Shown: positions 26,756 through 40,800, counted from the stretch's first letter. The stretch: DNA of 64,000 nt from Phoronis australis (GCA_002633005.1 NMRA01000203.1:475818-539817); one strand, 5' to 3'. Numbers and translations are program-made. Notes: a model not told the origin generated them from the sequence alone.

Positions 26756-28248
26756 TTAAACGATCTAGTTATACCTAACAGTGCTTTTCTTCATGATCTA
26801 GTTTAAACACCATTGACCATACAATTAATACTGTTATCATAAAATCACTGCATAATTAGTTACCAAGATATACCTTAGTATTTATACCTGTCACATGCAA
26901 AACATTTCTCTCTATTTTCGCCACCAATCTTACATCTTGTCATATTTCTAAAGCATGGAATGCTAAGTAGATTACCACCTAGCTGAACAACTTTTACCAT
27001 GTTGATCACATACAAAATGGAATGAAACAAATTTTTGGAAGCACTTAGAAATTGCAAAGTTACACATTTAAACGCAGTGGCCAATTGATAATAAGTGGTA
27101 AAATAAATTAGTTACAACATAATATTTACAATTTCTGCTTCATAAAAAGAAACAATTCGTAAAATAACTACTGTACAGTATTATGGCTCACATAATAATT
27201 ACAGTACAGTATTATAGCTCACATAATCTTCAGAAATTCAAATAAGAGAATTTACTAAAACCTAGAAGGCATGAAATGAACATTTTGCTTCTCTTACAAG
27301 GATTTTATTTTTGAAAAAGCTAAAGGCAAGACTGCAGTATTGTTTTATGTGCAAACTGGTTCCTTGATCAAGAAAAACATATATATGGCCAGCGAAGCAA
27401 TACTAACAGTAACAGTAACAGTAGCTCCAAATGTTTTGAACAGGTTAAAGAACTAAATGGTGTATCACTTTTTCAGTGAATAAAACTAAAAAAATCTTGT
27501 AAAAAAGTTAAATTTAGTCACACCACAGCAAAAACTGTGCAGGAAAGCTGAAAAAAATTTGCAATCAATGGCTAATTTAAACAAAATTAGTGCGGAGAAG
27601 GAATTTTATAAATGACTTTAAAACATTGTAAACATTAAGTGTATACACTTGACATGTGCAAGTGACATAACGATTTACAAGAAAGTTGCCATAGAAATAA
27701 CATATTGGAGTCAACATAAATAATATTGGGACTATACACCAGGAAACAAACCCATAAGGTTTGTGACAAGAACTTTACTTACAACTTATTACATACCCCC
27801 ATGTTAACCATAAAACCGAACATTCAAAACAGTATTCTAGACTTCACCATCAACAATTCAACCCTAAAAACCAATACCTTCTAAGCTCATCAAACTCTGT
27901 TCCATTTCTACAAAGTTTTAAAGTATTCCTTGCAACCCAATCCATTCATTAAGAGTAGTAATGGCAAATAACACGCAGTGAAACTTGCATAAGTTGGAAA
28001 TTCTTCTAACCTAAACCATGTTTCGCAGATATTCCATTTCATAACCACCCCCCCCCAAACAAGTCAGCATTTTGCCTTAATCTGATAAAACCACTCAACC
28101 TGATTGGATTTGGCTTATGTAGGTCTTATAGTATGCCAATGTAGCAAAAATGATAAGGTGTGGAATGTTTCAAACATTTTTAAAATGCACATTTTCACTC
28201 ACACTTTCATACGGCAAACGTGGACGTATTTGACATCTTGATTGTAAT

Positions 28249-28818
28249 TTAATAGTCATCATTGTCTGATAAAGGAGGTGTTCTTGTGATGAACTTTTTT
28301 CTAAACTCATCATCAGACAGCGACAGAGGTGGTGGAGTTCTATCTCCTTTTGTAGAAGAGCTCACTCTGTGCTCATATGCATCTTTTGCAGATTCAAACA
28401 AAGAGTCTTTTTGATTATCTGTGGTTGACAGAACAGAATCACTTGCTGAATGTGTTGCCTGAGACAAATATTCCCTTTTGTATGTCGATGGTGAAAACCG
28501 AACAGTTGACTTATCTCGACCGTTGTGTTCCGAAGCATTTTTAGATCTAAGAATTCCCGAGTTTGTCCGTTCACGTCGAGATCTCTTGTCACTTCTTGTT
28601 TGAGATTTAGAGGTTGCTAAGTCATGTGTGGTTAAGTCTGGTGGTTCAATGTCACTTAAATCTAAGCTGTCGCCACCATGTGATATCCGATGCGCTGGAT
28701 ACCTGTCGTCACTAGAAATGTCCCTTGTAGGGGGTGTTGCAATATATCGTTGACTTACTCGAAGGGGTGATAAACTGGCCAGTTGAGCGGCATGCAGTTC
28801 TGACTCTAACCTGTCTTC
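28249..28818 (-). CDS. CEP128: CEP128 last coding exon (disordered Ser/Asp/Arg-rich tail)
   Basis: TTTTTTTCAG|EDRLESELHAAQLASLSPLRVS...PPLSDNDDY*; part of ORF 28249-28899. Confidence 0.88.
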   Translation of the reverse strand, partial: EDRLESELHAAQLASLSPLRVSQRYIATPPTRDISSDDRYPAHRISHGGDSLDLSDIEPPDLTTHDLATSKSQTRSDKRSRRERTNSGILRSKNASEHNGRDKSTVRFSPSTYKREYLSQATHSASDSVLSTTDNQKDSLFESAKDAYEHRVSSSTKGDRTPPPLSLSDDEFRKKFITRTPPLSDNDDY

Positions 28819-31800
28819 CTGAAAAAAATGAAACCATGATCCTAAAGTATGTCTCTCAGCCAGCTCAAATGAATGAAGACATGATCCTCCATGGAGCAAG
28901 GAACAGGATGCTTTCCAATCTACAGTTTAGTGCCAAACACAAATCAAGTCAACATGTGTGCATTACAAGCAGAAAGTCATTAGGGAACACAGGACTTTGT
29001 TGTAATAAAAGAATAACACTACAGATGTCTCCTTGACATGACTACAAGAGATCTACCTGCCATACTTGTTTGTATACTTTCCTGCACCACATTTAGTTAT
29101 CATGTTACCATTCATATTTTTTTATTTTTGTAACTTAATTGAGGAGAAAATGAACACAATTTTAAGAAACGCTACCAGAGTGCACAGTAGTTGTTAAGAC
29201 CGTCTAAAAATTAACTGTGGCATTGACTGAAAAGTAGCTGGTGAATCAACAGTACTCATATAGTAGTTGGTGAATCAACAGTACTCATATAGTAGTTGGT
29301 GAATCAACAGTACTCATATAGTAGTTGGTGAATCAACAGTACTCATATAGTAGTTGGTGAATCAACAGTACTCATTTACACAACAGTGTGTGACTAACGA
29401 GATCATAAACAAAATATTTCAAATTCTTCAATCAAGTAAAAAGTGCTTAGCTTGTAACATACAAAAACAACAAAACAGCACTGATGTGCAAGCGAAATTA
29501 GTGTTGAGCAATTTCACTCTTTGACAATCACGACGTGAAATAAAATGACAGGAAACGTTAAAAGAAAAAATGGAATACTATGAAAGACACTACTAACAGA
29601 TACATTCAATGGTAATTAGTATGTAAGCACTCTACTTCCTCATCCATAGATACCAATGACAGAAGAAACAACAGCGATTTACATTTAACAAGGTCATTGC
29701 CAGTATTCTTGCAAAACCTCTGCATGATTGTTAGATAGGTAGACCACATCTATACAGACCTCTCTAAGTGACAACACAAACACACATGCAACAGATACAA
29801 AGCAATGTGAAATGTGTTTCATCTTTAGATAACTCTAAAAAACTACAGCTGAGATATGGTGACATAGTGGCCTAGCACAAACAAATAAAATGTGTGAAAA
29901 CTACCGTATACAGTGCGTAATGAAGAGTCTAATGACTATTCATACACATGAGATTTCTCAAGAGTTTCAAAGCAAGTGTATTAAGGAATGGGCCTGGCCT
30001 GTGTCGCATGAGCACGTCTGTGGCAGTTTAGACTGCGGTCGCCTTCAATCTTTTTTTTACATAATTAATGAAATGCATAAGATCCATGGTGGAAATCACT
30101 GAGAAATCTGAGTTTGCACCATATACCTGTTGACTTGCTTTGGTTTTTCAACACAAATAAATTGTTATAGCCTGTTTATATCTCTCATATTCCCTGTTAG
30201 TGAATAGATGTATGTTAAATGGATACGCGGATGTGAATGTGTTGGTTGTGGTCATGGATAGCAGTTAAATCCAAGTGCATTAAGAGGTGATGAGAAAGTG
30301 GGCAAACAGTAAACCTAATGTTGAGATGTCTCTTACTGGAGTGAATGATTCAGTCACACTGCAGTTCATAAACAAGCATCCAAAGTCATGTGTGGAATCT
30401 TTGCTAAAAAGTGGTTTTCATTCTAATCAGATTACAACCATGGTGATGAAGTATTAACAGGATTAGATCTTTTTCTTTTTACTTTTGGGTGTACTAAATG
30501 TCACTTGGAGAGATCCTGCACAGAATGTAATCTGCCCACTTACTGTTCAGAGGTATTGAAAGGAGAAGATTAATTTTAATACAATTCATCTTTGTGTCAA
30601 AATTGCTTTTTTGCCATTCCGGAATGTGATTAACAAAACACTTAAAACAAAATTACAAACATGTTTTGACGAGTGATAATAAATTCAAAAAATGTTTTGA
30701 TAGTTAACAGTACAAATGGAATACACTGCTTTACCCTGTTATCTTTGGCTAATTTGGTGGCATCACTCAGTTCTTGTTTTAGAGCACTGACTGTCAGTTG
30801 CAATCTAGAAGTCAAACAGAATACACGTACAAATGTTATTAAAATAATATTCAACTAAATAAAGAGAAAGTGTCTTAAAAGCAGAGAACAGGGAACAAGA
30901 GCATGCAGAAAATGATAAGCTAACTGTGACAAGTTCACTCAGAGCAACGTTAAAAAAGACTTCTCAAGTAGTTAAAATATATAAACTGCAAGAGCAACGC
31001 GGAGCGTTGAAATGCACCCAAGAATGCATCGCAAATGGTGTGCTTTTATGTCATAAAAATGGCCACTAGTTGGCGCAAAAATGTACAATACATCCGAAAA
31101 CGGGAACATGTCATTGCTTCTTTAATAAAAAGCTATACACCAAATTTCAAAAAAATCTGTCATGGAACTTCAGAGAAACAACGGAAAACAGAATAAAATG
31201 AAATTGCAGCTAGGGGGCACACTGTTCATTGGATCCACCTGAAAGTAGTCATCGTCTGTTGTTAGCTTCATATATATACACTTACTAATTAAATTTAATA
31301 AAGATACTGAAGGGGGTTTAGGAGATACAGCTATGGGCGCAAAACAAAACAAAACTACCACTAGGAGGCGCCACAGTAGTCAGTTGTTACCGTCAACTGT
31401 CCTCTTCACACTGAGAACATATACACCAATTTTCAAAATCATCCTCAGAATGATTTGGTTGATAGAGGGATAGACGCCAAAAACAGACTTGAAAACAGCA
31501 AAAATGGCCACTAAGTGGCGCAAAATACCTTGATTCCATCCGAAAACGGGAGAATAGCGACATCTCACCAATAGATGCCCCTAAAATTGTCACCAGGGGG
31601 CACACCAGTAGTCAGATCCAATCGAAAATCGTCGTCATCCGTTGTCAATATTATATAAACACACATGTTAAATTTAGTAAAGATCCTGCAAACAGTTTAA
31701 GAGGTACAGCCATGGACGAAAAAAACGAAACTGCCACCAGGAGGCTCCACAGTAGTCGAAGTCATCAGAAAATTATCGTCACCTGTCCACTTCATAGTAA

Positions 31801-34800
31801 AAACACACATGCCAATTTTAACAATTATCCTGAAAGCGGTTTGGTTGATAGAGGGGTGGACGCCAAAAAACAGAATCAAAAAAAGGAAATATGGCCACTA
31901 GGTAGCGCAAACTAGGTCGAATCCATCTGAAAATGGAAAGATAGCGTCACCTCACTAACAGAAGCCAATACACTAAATTTTATGAAAATACGTTGAGGAC
32001 CTTTGAAGATACAGAGGTAAACGTAAAAAAATGAAATTACCACTAGGTGGCACACCAGTAGTCAGATCTGTCCAAATGTTGTCGTTGTCGTCCGTTGTCA
32101 TCATCATATAAATGTACTTAGTAAATTTAGTAAAGATCCTGCAAATGGTTTAGAAGATATAGCCATAGGCGCAAAAAAATGCCACTACGAGGTGCCACAG
32201 TAGTCGAAGTCATCGGAAAATCATCGTCAACCATCCTCTTCATAGTAAGAACATACATGCCAATTTTCACAATCATGCTTAGAGCGGTTTGGTTAATAGA
32301 GGGGTGGACGCTAAAAAACGGACTCGAAAACAGTAAAAATGGCCACTAGGCGACGCAAACTACATCCAATCCATCTGAAAACGAGAGGATACTGTCGTCT
32401 CACTAATAGATGCATATATACCAAATTTTGTGAAAATATGTTGAGGACCTTTTAAGATACAGACTGAGGTAAACGTAAAAAACTAAAATTGCCACTAGGA
32501 GGCACACCGGTAGTCAGATCCGTCCGAAACTCATGCTGTCCCATCCGTAAAAGTAACACATGTGCAAAATTTCATGAACATACCGTACATCAACAGGTTT
32601 TGGAGATAGAGCAGCGGACACAGGACGGACGCTGCTCGGACGGATGGACGGACGAACAGAGATGACGGCATAATGCGTCCACATATAAATATGTGGGCGC
32701 ATAAAAATGGTTTTCATACCAACTGAAGAGGAAATGAAATTTTTGTTTTTGTTTTTGTAATGTCTTTTTCACAGTTGTGCCCAAATACTTCTAACAGTAG
32801 GGAAAGCTTTAATTGAATTTCTTCTAACAGATTTGATTGACTGGTATTGTTTACGTTTCAAACTCACTTGTTATATCTTTCGTGAATTCTGTTCCGTGCA
32901 GTGTCGGACTCCTACAACACATTTTTAAGGCACTTAAAGCAACATTTAAGGCACTTAAAGCAACATTTTACATTGGACAACCACTTGCAACATTTTAGAT
33001 TGGACAACCACTTGCAAAATAAGCCTATAAAGACAGCTGATTCAGTAAAAGCTTATTTAGTGCAAAAAATAAGGAATACTGTGGTTAGGCTACCTATCTT
33101 TGTGAAAACATAACAGTGGGTGAATGGATGAAACATGTATTGCACATTTTGAAATCTAAGATACTAGGTTATATAAGTGTGACTAAACAAGGGTATTGGC
33201 TAAAAGCAAATGTTTAAATATCAGACATATAAGCCAGCGAAGCACCCACAACAGCACTTACTTTAAGTTTGTTAAGCTCGTGTAGTATGTCTTGTTTCTC
33301 CCTGTCTCTCTCAAAACTTTGGTGCATGGACTCCTCTCTCACCGTTTCTAACTGGTCTGTTAGGTTGAGCACCTGTTCCTGGTTGGTAGCAAAATTCAAG
33401 CTTGCGTAATGCATTTTACAACAAGGTCAGTCATGACAGATTTTATGTTGCTTATTGAAACCCATGTTACCAGTGACGGTGCTTACAAACGGCCATAATA
33501 ACAGTTATAACAATTCAGTAATAGAGCTTAGTCAAGTGAACTTAATCATATATTATACCAAATTGGACACAATTTAAAGGTAAGAAATCACATTGCTTCA
33601 TGGTAGGTTGAAGATGTGTCAATACAAATTCATACTGCTTGGAGTAAAAGTTTTAAGAACAAAATAACAAGTTTAAGATATGGAAAGCAAGTAAGAACAT
33701 AAGAATAACAAAATAACAACATAAGGAATAACATACCTCTAGACTCTCAACCTCAGCTTCTTTTTTTCTGCCCAAAAAGTCGAGAGCTAATTGGAGAAAA
33801 CAGGAGAAAAGTTCTAAAACTCATCAAGCAGAAAACAAAACGATGCGAACATGTTGTTATTGATATACAATTATTAATTTTCACTGAGGTCAATAATGTT
33901 GTTTTCGAACCCCACAAATGTGACATCTACCATTTTTACCCAAAATGTAGAAATTTTGAAAAAACTTTCAGGAGATGGACAAAGGAACAGTTGATTATAT
34001 TTTGAGAAAGACACCACGTTTTGCTGTCACACAACGGTCGTTTTAAAATAAAACAATCAGCAAACGCCAATTTGTTATATCAATGGGATTACAAGCTGTG
34101 TGTCAGCATTCTCAGCATGCACGCCTTAAGCCACTAGTACTAATGATGTGTATTGAAAGTTAGTGCTTGTTAACCTGCACGAATACATAGTGTGACAAGC
34201 TAACCTTCAGCCTTTGACACCAAACTGTCAGCAACTTGTTTTTGCCGCCCAAGCTCTGTAACCAAAACATTCTTTTCTTTATTTCCAGCAGCAACCGCCT
34301 CCCGCAGTTCAATTTTGTACTTGCGCTTTTGTTCTTGGCGTTCGCGAATGTTTGTTCTTAGCCACTGAAGCTTCTTCTGAATGCAAAAAATTAAATTAAT
34401 GAAAGCACACTATATAAAATAATTAATTCAGACAGAAATACAATCATACAGTGGAAAGATGCTTTAATATAAACATTTTCCTAAAGTACAACAAGCTACA
34501 AATGCATGACATTTCATCAGAGTGGAGTTACAATCGTTTCAAGAAAGTCATAAAAATAACACGCTGATGAAAAATATTAAAATGCATCTAGATTCTAACT
34601 ACCTGGCAACATGTTTTTGTGGTTTTTGTACAAAACATTATCAGACAAGAGCAATGCGAAGCGTTGAAATGCGCCCACGAAGGCACTGCAAACGGTTTTT
34701 CTATAGGTGTTTTTAGTAACCGTAAAAATGGCCATTAGATGGCACAGAATGTGTCAAATCCGTCCAAATTGAGAAGGTGGCACTGTCTATGTAATACACA

Positions 34801-37800
34801 ACTATTTGTCAAATTTCATGAAAATAAGCCAAGGAGCTCCTAAGATACAGAGGCAATACGTAAAAAACAATTGACACTAGGGGGCACAGTTATAGTCCCA
34901 TTGGTCTGAAACTCATCGTCATCTGTTGCTATCTCTATAGAAGCCCATCAGCCAAATTTCGCAAAAATCTTTCAAAGCCTTAAGGAGATACAGCCGTAGA
35001 TGCAAAAAAAGCAAATTGCCCCTAAGGAGTGCCAAAAATATTCCGAAAATCAACATCAGCCAGGGTATTCGCATCAGGAATACAATCCTCAATTTTCATA
35101 TTTTGGCAGATAGAAAGGCAGACATTAAAACACATGCAAAAAATTTTAAATGGCCATCAGGTGGCGCAGAAAACATCAGATCTCTCCAAAATAGAAGCCT
35201 ATTTGTTGACCTTCATGAAGTTACGTTTATTTACTGAACTCCGAAGGGGACGTGGTGCTATATGGATAAGTTTGACATTTGCTACCATTTGTCGTCTGCT
35301 CAATAGGAGCACATCTTTCAAATTTCACAAAGCTCCTTCAAAGGGTTCAGGAGATTCAGCTGAACACGCAAAAAAACAAAAAACAAAAATGCCACTAGGG
35401 GGAGGGGGGGGGGCGACACAGTGACTGGACTCATCCGAAAGTCAACGTCAGTCATAGCCTTCTCATCAGGAACACATCTGTAAATTTTCATAAAGTCCCT
35501 TTAAGCGGTATGGCAGATAGGGAGGCGGATGACAGAAAACAGACAAAAATAACAAAATTGACCACATGGTGGCATAAAATCCGTCGAATCCGACCAAAAA
35601 TGGAATGGTATCATCACCATCTTATTAAAAACATATATGCTGAATTACATAAAAATCCATCTTGGAACTCTAAAGAAGCAAACATAAAAAATAAATTGGC
35701 ACTGGGGGTCACAGCGAATTCGGATCGGTCTGAAACTCACTGACATCTGTTGTCAGCAGCATTGGAACACACTTGTCAAATTTCAGTAAGATCCTGCAAG
35801 GAGTTTAGGAGATACAGCAGCAGATGCTGGACGCACAGACAGACATGATGACAATATGCACCAACATATTACTATATGGGTACTACGATTCATCTTTACG
35901 CGATTCATCTTTACACGATTCATCTTTACACGATTCATCATTTGATAATTCCACCATCAAGAAAATGTCTCAAACATACATGACCAGTGTCAATTCTGCA
36001 GGAATACTGTTTGGCAAATCAGTATAAGACGATGACTAACATCAATTAAAAGGTAGTATGACCAGGGCTTGGAATGACCAATGACAAAAAACGCGGAAAC
36101 TTTTACGGCCCAAATCATGCCTTGAAATGGTCAATGTGAACCTTTCCTCGACAAAAATCGGGAGATCTAAAAAAAAATTAATAAAAAAAAAACGTTACCA
36201 CCATCAGTACCTTGCGTCTGCGTCCTTTTAGCTTTTAGCTCGCCCGTCCGCACTCCCAACCCCACACATTTTTGGCTGCAGAGCGGTAGTATTTGTCGCC
36301 GCGCTTAACAATAACACGAGACGCCATTGAAAATCCCACCACGCTGTCCCAGGTGCCCCGGCAATGTTTACAATTTACGTTCCTCCGAAACATAAAGAGC
36401 AACTTCCGCTTTTCGAGGTGAATGTCGTCTGCGACGCCGCGGTAAGTAAGGAATTTGCCGCGGAAATTTTATATCAAATCCGATTTTTTTACGCGGAAAT
36501 ATTATAAAAAAAGCGGACAGCACATTTGAAAAAAGCGGAAATCCGCGTTTCCGCGGAAAATTCCAAGCCCTGATGACTGATGTTTGGGACCTGTTTCATG
36601 AAGTGACTAACACTTATGCTCCACACAATTATTTCAGAAACTACATTTATTTAATAACTAATATTTACAGCGATAATTTGTATAAATACTTGGCTAAACG
36701 TTTATTCAGAAACAGTGAAGTGGGAACGTAAGACCAAATTTCTGTCTTAATTCTTCAGTCACTTTTCATGAAACAAACCAGTGGTTTTTTAGAAGTGTTA
36801 AGTTTATGATAATGTCCATATGTTGAGAACTCAGGGCTTTGATAATTAACAACATGCAGAAATTTCACAACTGAAATACAGTATCAAGTGAATCCTCTCA
36901 ACGTAGTCATCACAAAAAATAAACATGGAACCAATATACTAGAAAGACCCCAGAGAGTGAAGACCCCTGACTAGGCTAACAATCATGGTTTAGAAAATTG
37001 GCCCTGCACAGTCACATGTCCTTTTAATTCAAAGCTGTATCATCATAACACTGATTTTGAAAACTTTTTGCACAAATCCCATAATTGCATTTTTTTGGCT
37101 TCTTATTTTCAACATAGACAAACAGACACACATAGCACGGCAACAACATAACCTTCTTCCAAAACTTACAAAGCAGACTATAATCAACACAAAGGTCTAC
37201 CCTACCTGCACTGCAGAAAGCCACCTGCCCCGGTCTGATGAGAGCGTTTTCAGTGGTGACATCGCCTGAATGCAGAATAACAGAAACATGGCAAAAAGTT
37301 AGCTTAGGTTAAGAGTACAATGCTGAGCTCAATAGAACCAGGAACACTGAATACTTTGACAAATTTGAGAAGCCTCAATATGCTCATCAGGTTCAAATTT
37401 TATTTGCAAAACTATTCAGGGCTTGGAATGACCAATGACAAAAAACGCGGAAACTTTTACGGCCCAAATCATGCACGCTACCCGGCCTTGAAATGGTTGA
37501 TGTGAACCTTTCCCCGACAAAAATCGGGAGGACTAAAAAAAAAAAAAAGCCTTACCACCATCAGTAGCATGCGTCTGCATCCTTTTACCTCGTCCGTCCA
37601 CTCCCAACCCACACATTTTTGGCTGCAGAGCCATAGTATTTGTCGCCGCGGTTTACAATAACACGAGACGCCATTGAAAATCCCACCGCGCTATCCCAGA
37701 TGCCCCGGCAATGTTGACAATTTTCGTTCCTCCGAAACATAAAGAGCAACTTCCGCTTTTCGAGGTGAACGTCGTCTGCAACACCGCGGTAAGAAAGGAA

Positions 37801-40800
37801 TTTGCCGCGGAAATTTTATATCAAATCCGATTTTTTTTACGCGGAAATATAATAAAATGTGCGGACAGAACATTTGAAAAAAGCGGAAATCCGCGTTTCC
37901 GCGGAAAATTCCAAGCCCTGACTATTCTCAGATTTCTCAAATACGTGCCGTACAAATCATGACTTCATTTATACAAAACCTCCCTGATTCTGTAAGATGT
38001 ATGTATTAGCTGTGCATGAAATATAGTTTATGCCTTAATCAGTTCTATTCCAGACTATAATTTTCAGACATATAGTTAACAAGGTACTTACTAGATGGCG
38101 TGCTTTATAATTTCTTCATTCATCGTTTGTATATTTTTCTAGTCAGAATGAGATCGCTGCATTAACCTTAACAGCCTGATTTGCTTATGGTCATAAAAGA
38201 AGCCAGAGTATAGTCACTACTTAATCACGGGAATGAATAGTTTGTTAACTTTCAAATGAAAATGGACGGCTAAACATGGATTGCAACTTGCGAGTCAGAT
38301 ACAATAAAGAAGTCATCACGCTAACATTAAAAGCAATTTTAACCAACAGCAAATGAGAATTCTTCAGAAGTACCAAGTAATTTTTGCTAATGGAAAATGC
38401 TACTAATTGTCCATACAAACCTGCAGTTTGTCACTGGCATCAACAGCAGCTAGTTCAACAACCGTTTGTATCTCCAGTCCAACAGACTGCAACAGACTCT
38501 GAAATCACAGCCATCACATAACAGCAATGCACCGTTTCTGATGTTGTTTAATTTATAATAATTGTAGGGAAATAATTTGCATTCACCCGAGGGGATACTA
38601 AACTACCCATTATGCTTTTACAAGTCTCTTTTCAGTAATATATTACTTGAAAGACAACCAGTAATAAAGTTCCTGAGGAAAAACAACTGCCTTTTTGTGT
38701 GAAAACAAAATGCCACATCAAGATCAAATATTACATCATGCAGATGATAATTATTACATCACACAGATGATACTTGTTCACCTGGGAAATGTGAATATCA
38801 GAAAAATTGTAACTTTTGATGGATAGGATCTAACGATTGCAGAATCAGTTTGGTCCATTTGACACTGAAGAAAACATGATGACCAATAATTGAACATTTA
38901 CTGCCAGAAAATCTTCAAAACAGCAACAAAGCAGGCAATCTACAGAAATGCACAGAAAAAATATTTGTTTATGAATATGTACCACATCTGAACAAATTAG
39001 AACATTTATCTCTTAACCTTTGGTTTTGCAACTTACATTGAAAGACTGCTATGTTAGCCAAATAAAGCTATTATCACACAACCACACGTTTCAAAGGTGA
39101 AGCAAGTTACAAACTTATTGACCTCACGTTTTACTACAAATGACTTCAGTGATAAGCACCTTATAAATAGGAAAAAAGAATAAAACATTAATTTTACGGA
39201 TAATTTGATGATGACCACCATTCCAAGTTCCTAACCTGCTGTTCCCGTTCCGACCGTTTCATGACGTCCTGCAAACTTTGTAGTTCCTCCTGTAGTTGTC
39301 GAACCCGACTCATATCTTCCTCGGCAGACGCACTCTTAGTATCGTACTCTTGACGGACTCTTTGATACTTCAGTTTGACACTGTTACGCTCAGCTTCTAG
39401 TCTGTCGAACACAGTACAGAAATTTGTTACCTGGATTAGACAACAGCCCAAACTAGCTGATTGGATAAATTTACTGACAACCACCGACAGAGCAGTAAAT
39501 TGAATACATACTACTGGGATACAAAACTTTCGTGACATTGTTCACGACAAATCGAAAGTATTCAGACAACTCCCGTCATGACGGCAACAGCCAACTTCAT
39601 GGTCAGAGTATTCTTCCCTCCTGACCAAGCATGAAGAGGATACTAGTCACATGAAGGGGATACTAGTCACATGAAGGGGATACTAGTCACATGAAGGGGA
39701 TACTAGTCACATGAAGGGGATACTAGTCACATGAAGGGGATACTAGTCACATGAAGGGGATACTAGTCACTAGAATTAGCTGTCATTATGGGGAAAACAA
39801 TATTTTATTGTAATTACAATTGTCTTGCACCGTATATTGTTGGATTTTATGGTATTATGCAGCAACGGAATTCATACTTTTCAAGGAGATTTGGATTAAA
39901 TGGCATTACACATTATTGGGTTTTATGATTACATATCACTGAATGTCTCAACATTTACAGCATTGTGTATTGGCATGATACTATTCTTAAGTTGTCACAG
40001 AAATAGAAAAACTCCGAAAAAAAGTTAACCAAGTATTGCAGTCTAGCACTTTGGTGCTGGCTTGTACTACAGTACACTGTACAAGACAAAAGGAATCAGA
40101 CCAAATATCATTTTCCCCACAATGACGACTAATTTTGTCAACAGCAAAAATTACTGGTAATAACTATTAGGAAAGCAAAATTCCATATACAAAATGGCAT
40201 AGCCATCTCACTAACTTTCGCGTTAATTACCCTTCAGTCTCAGTCATGAGAGATTACTCTCTGATGATGAATTGGGCTTCCATCCCGTCATCATGATGGG
40301 CAATGCCAGGTCATTTTGTCCGAATATCTTTGGCTTAAACTATATCTTCAAAAGCATTGCACTACTCAACAACAAAATGTCTTTTATCATATCCACGTTC
40401 ACATGATGAAATTTCACCTACCATAGTTAAAGAAGATAATTATAAACCTTCTTATTTAAAGCATGGTCAACATGTAATGACAACACCATATTCAAAAGGA
40501 GTGTTCAGCTTAACACTAATCCACAAAGTTATTCAAATCTTTTACCAACACCAAACACAAAATTCTATTAAATCTCAGACACCTGCTGATCTCAGTATGA
40601 AGTCTCTCAATCTCTGCATGACTTTTCTCTACTTGTCGCTTGACAAGTTTGGACGAAGAGCGCTCATCTGATAACTGAATCTGAAATGCCAACATTCAAT
40701 AGCAATGCAGAAGAGGCTGAACAAAACAATTATTCAAAGTTAGTAATGGCCACTCATGAACACTGTAAACTGACTTCTACAACCAACAGCCGTAGATAGT

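Noticed and set aside
29235-29375. CRISPR-like appearance of the 29-bp repeats (also 39630-39770, 54775-55080)
   Set aside because: Units are contiguous with no unique spacers, there are no cas genes, and the context is a eukaryotic intron.
35016-35743. ORFs within the second HINE copy
   Set aside because: Chance frames in tandem repeat units; no Rep or helicase motifs.
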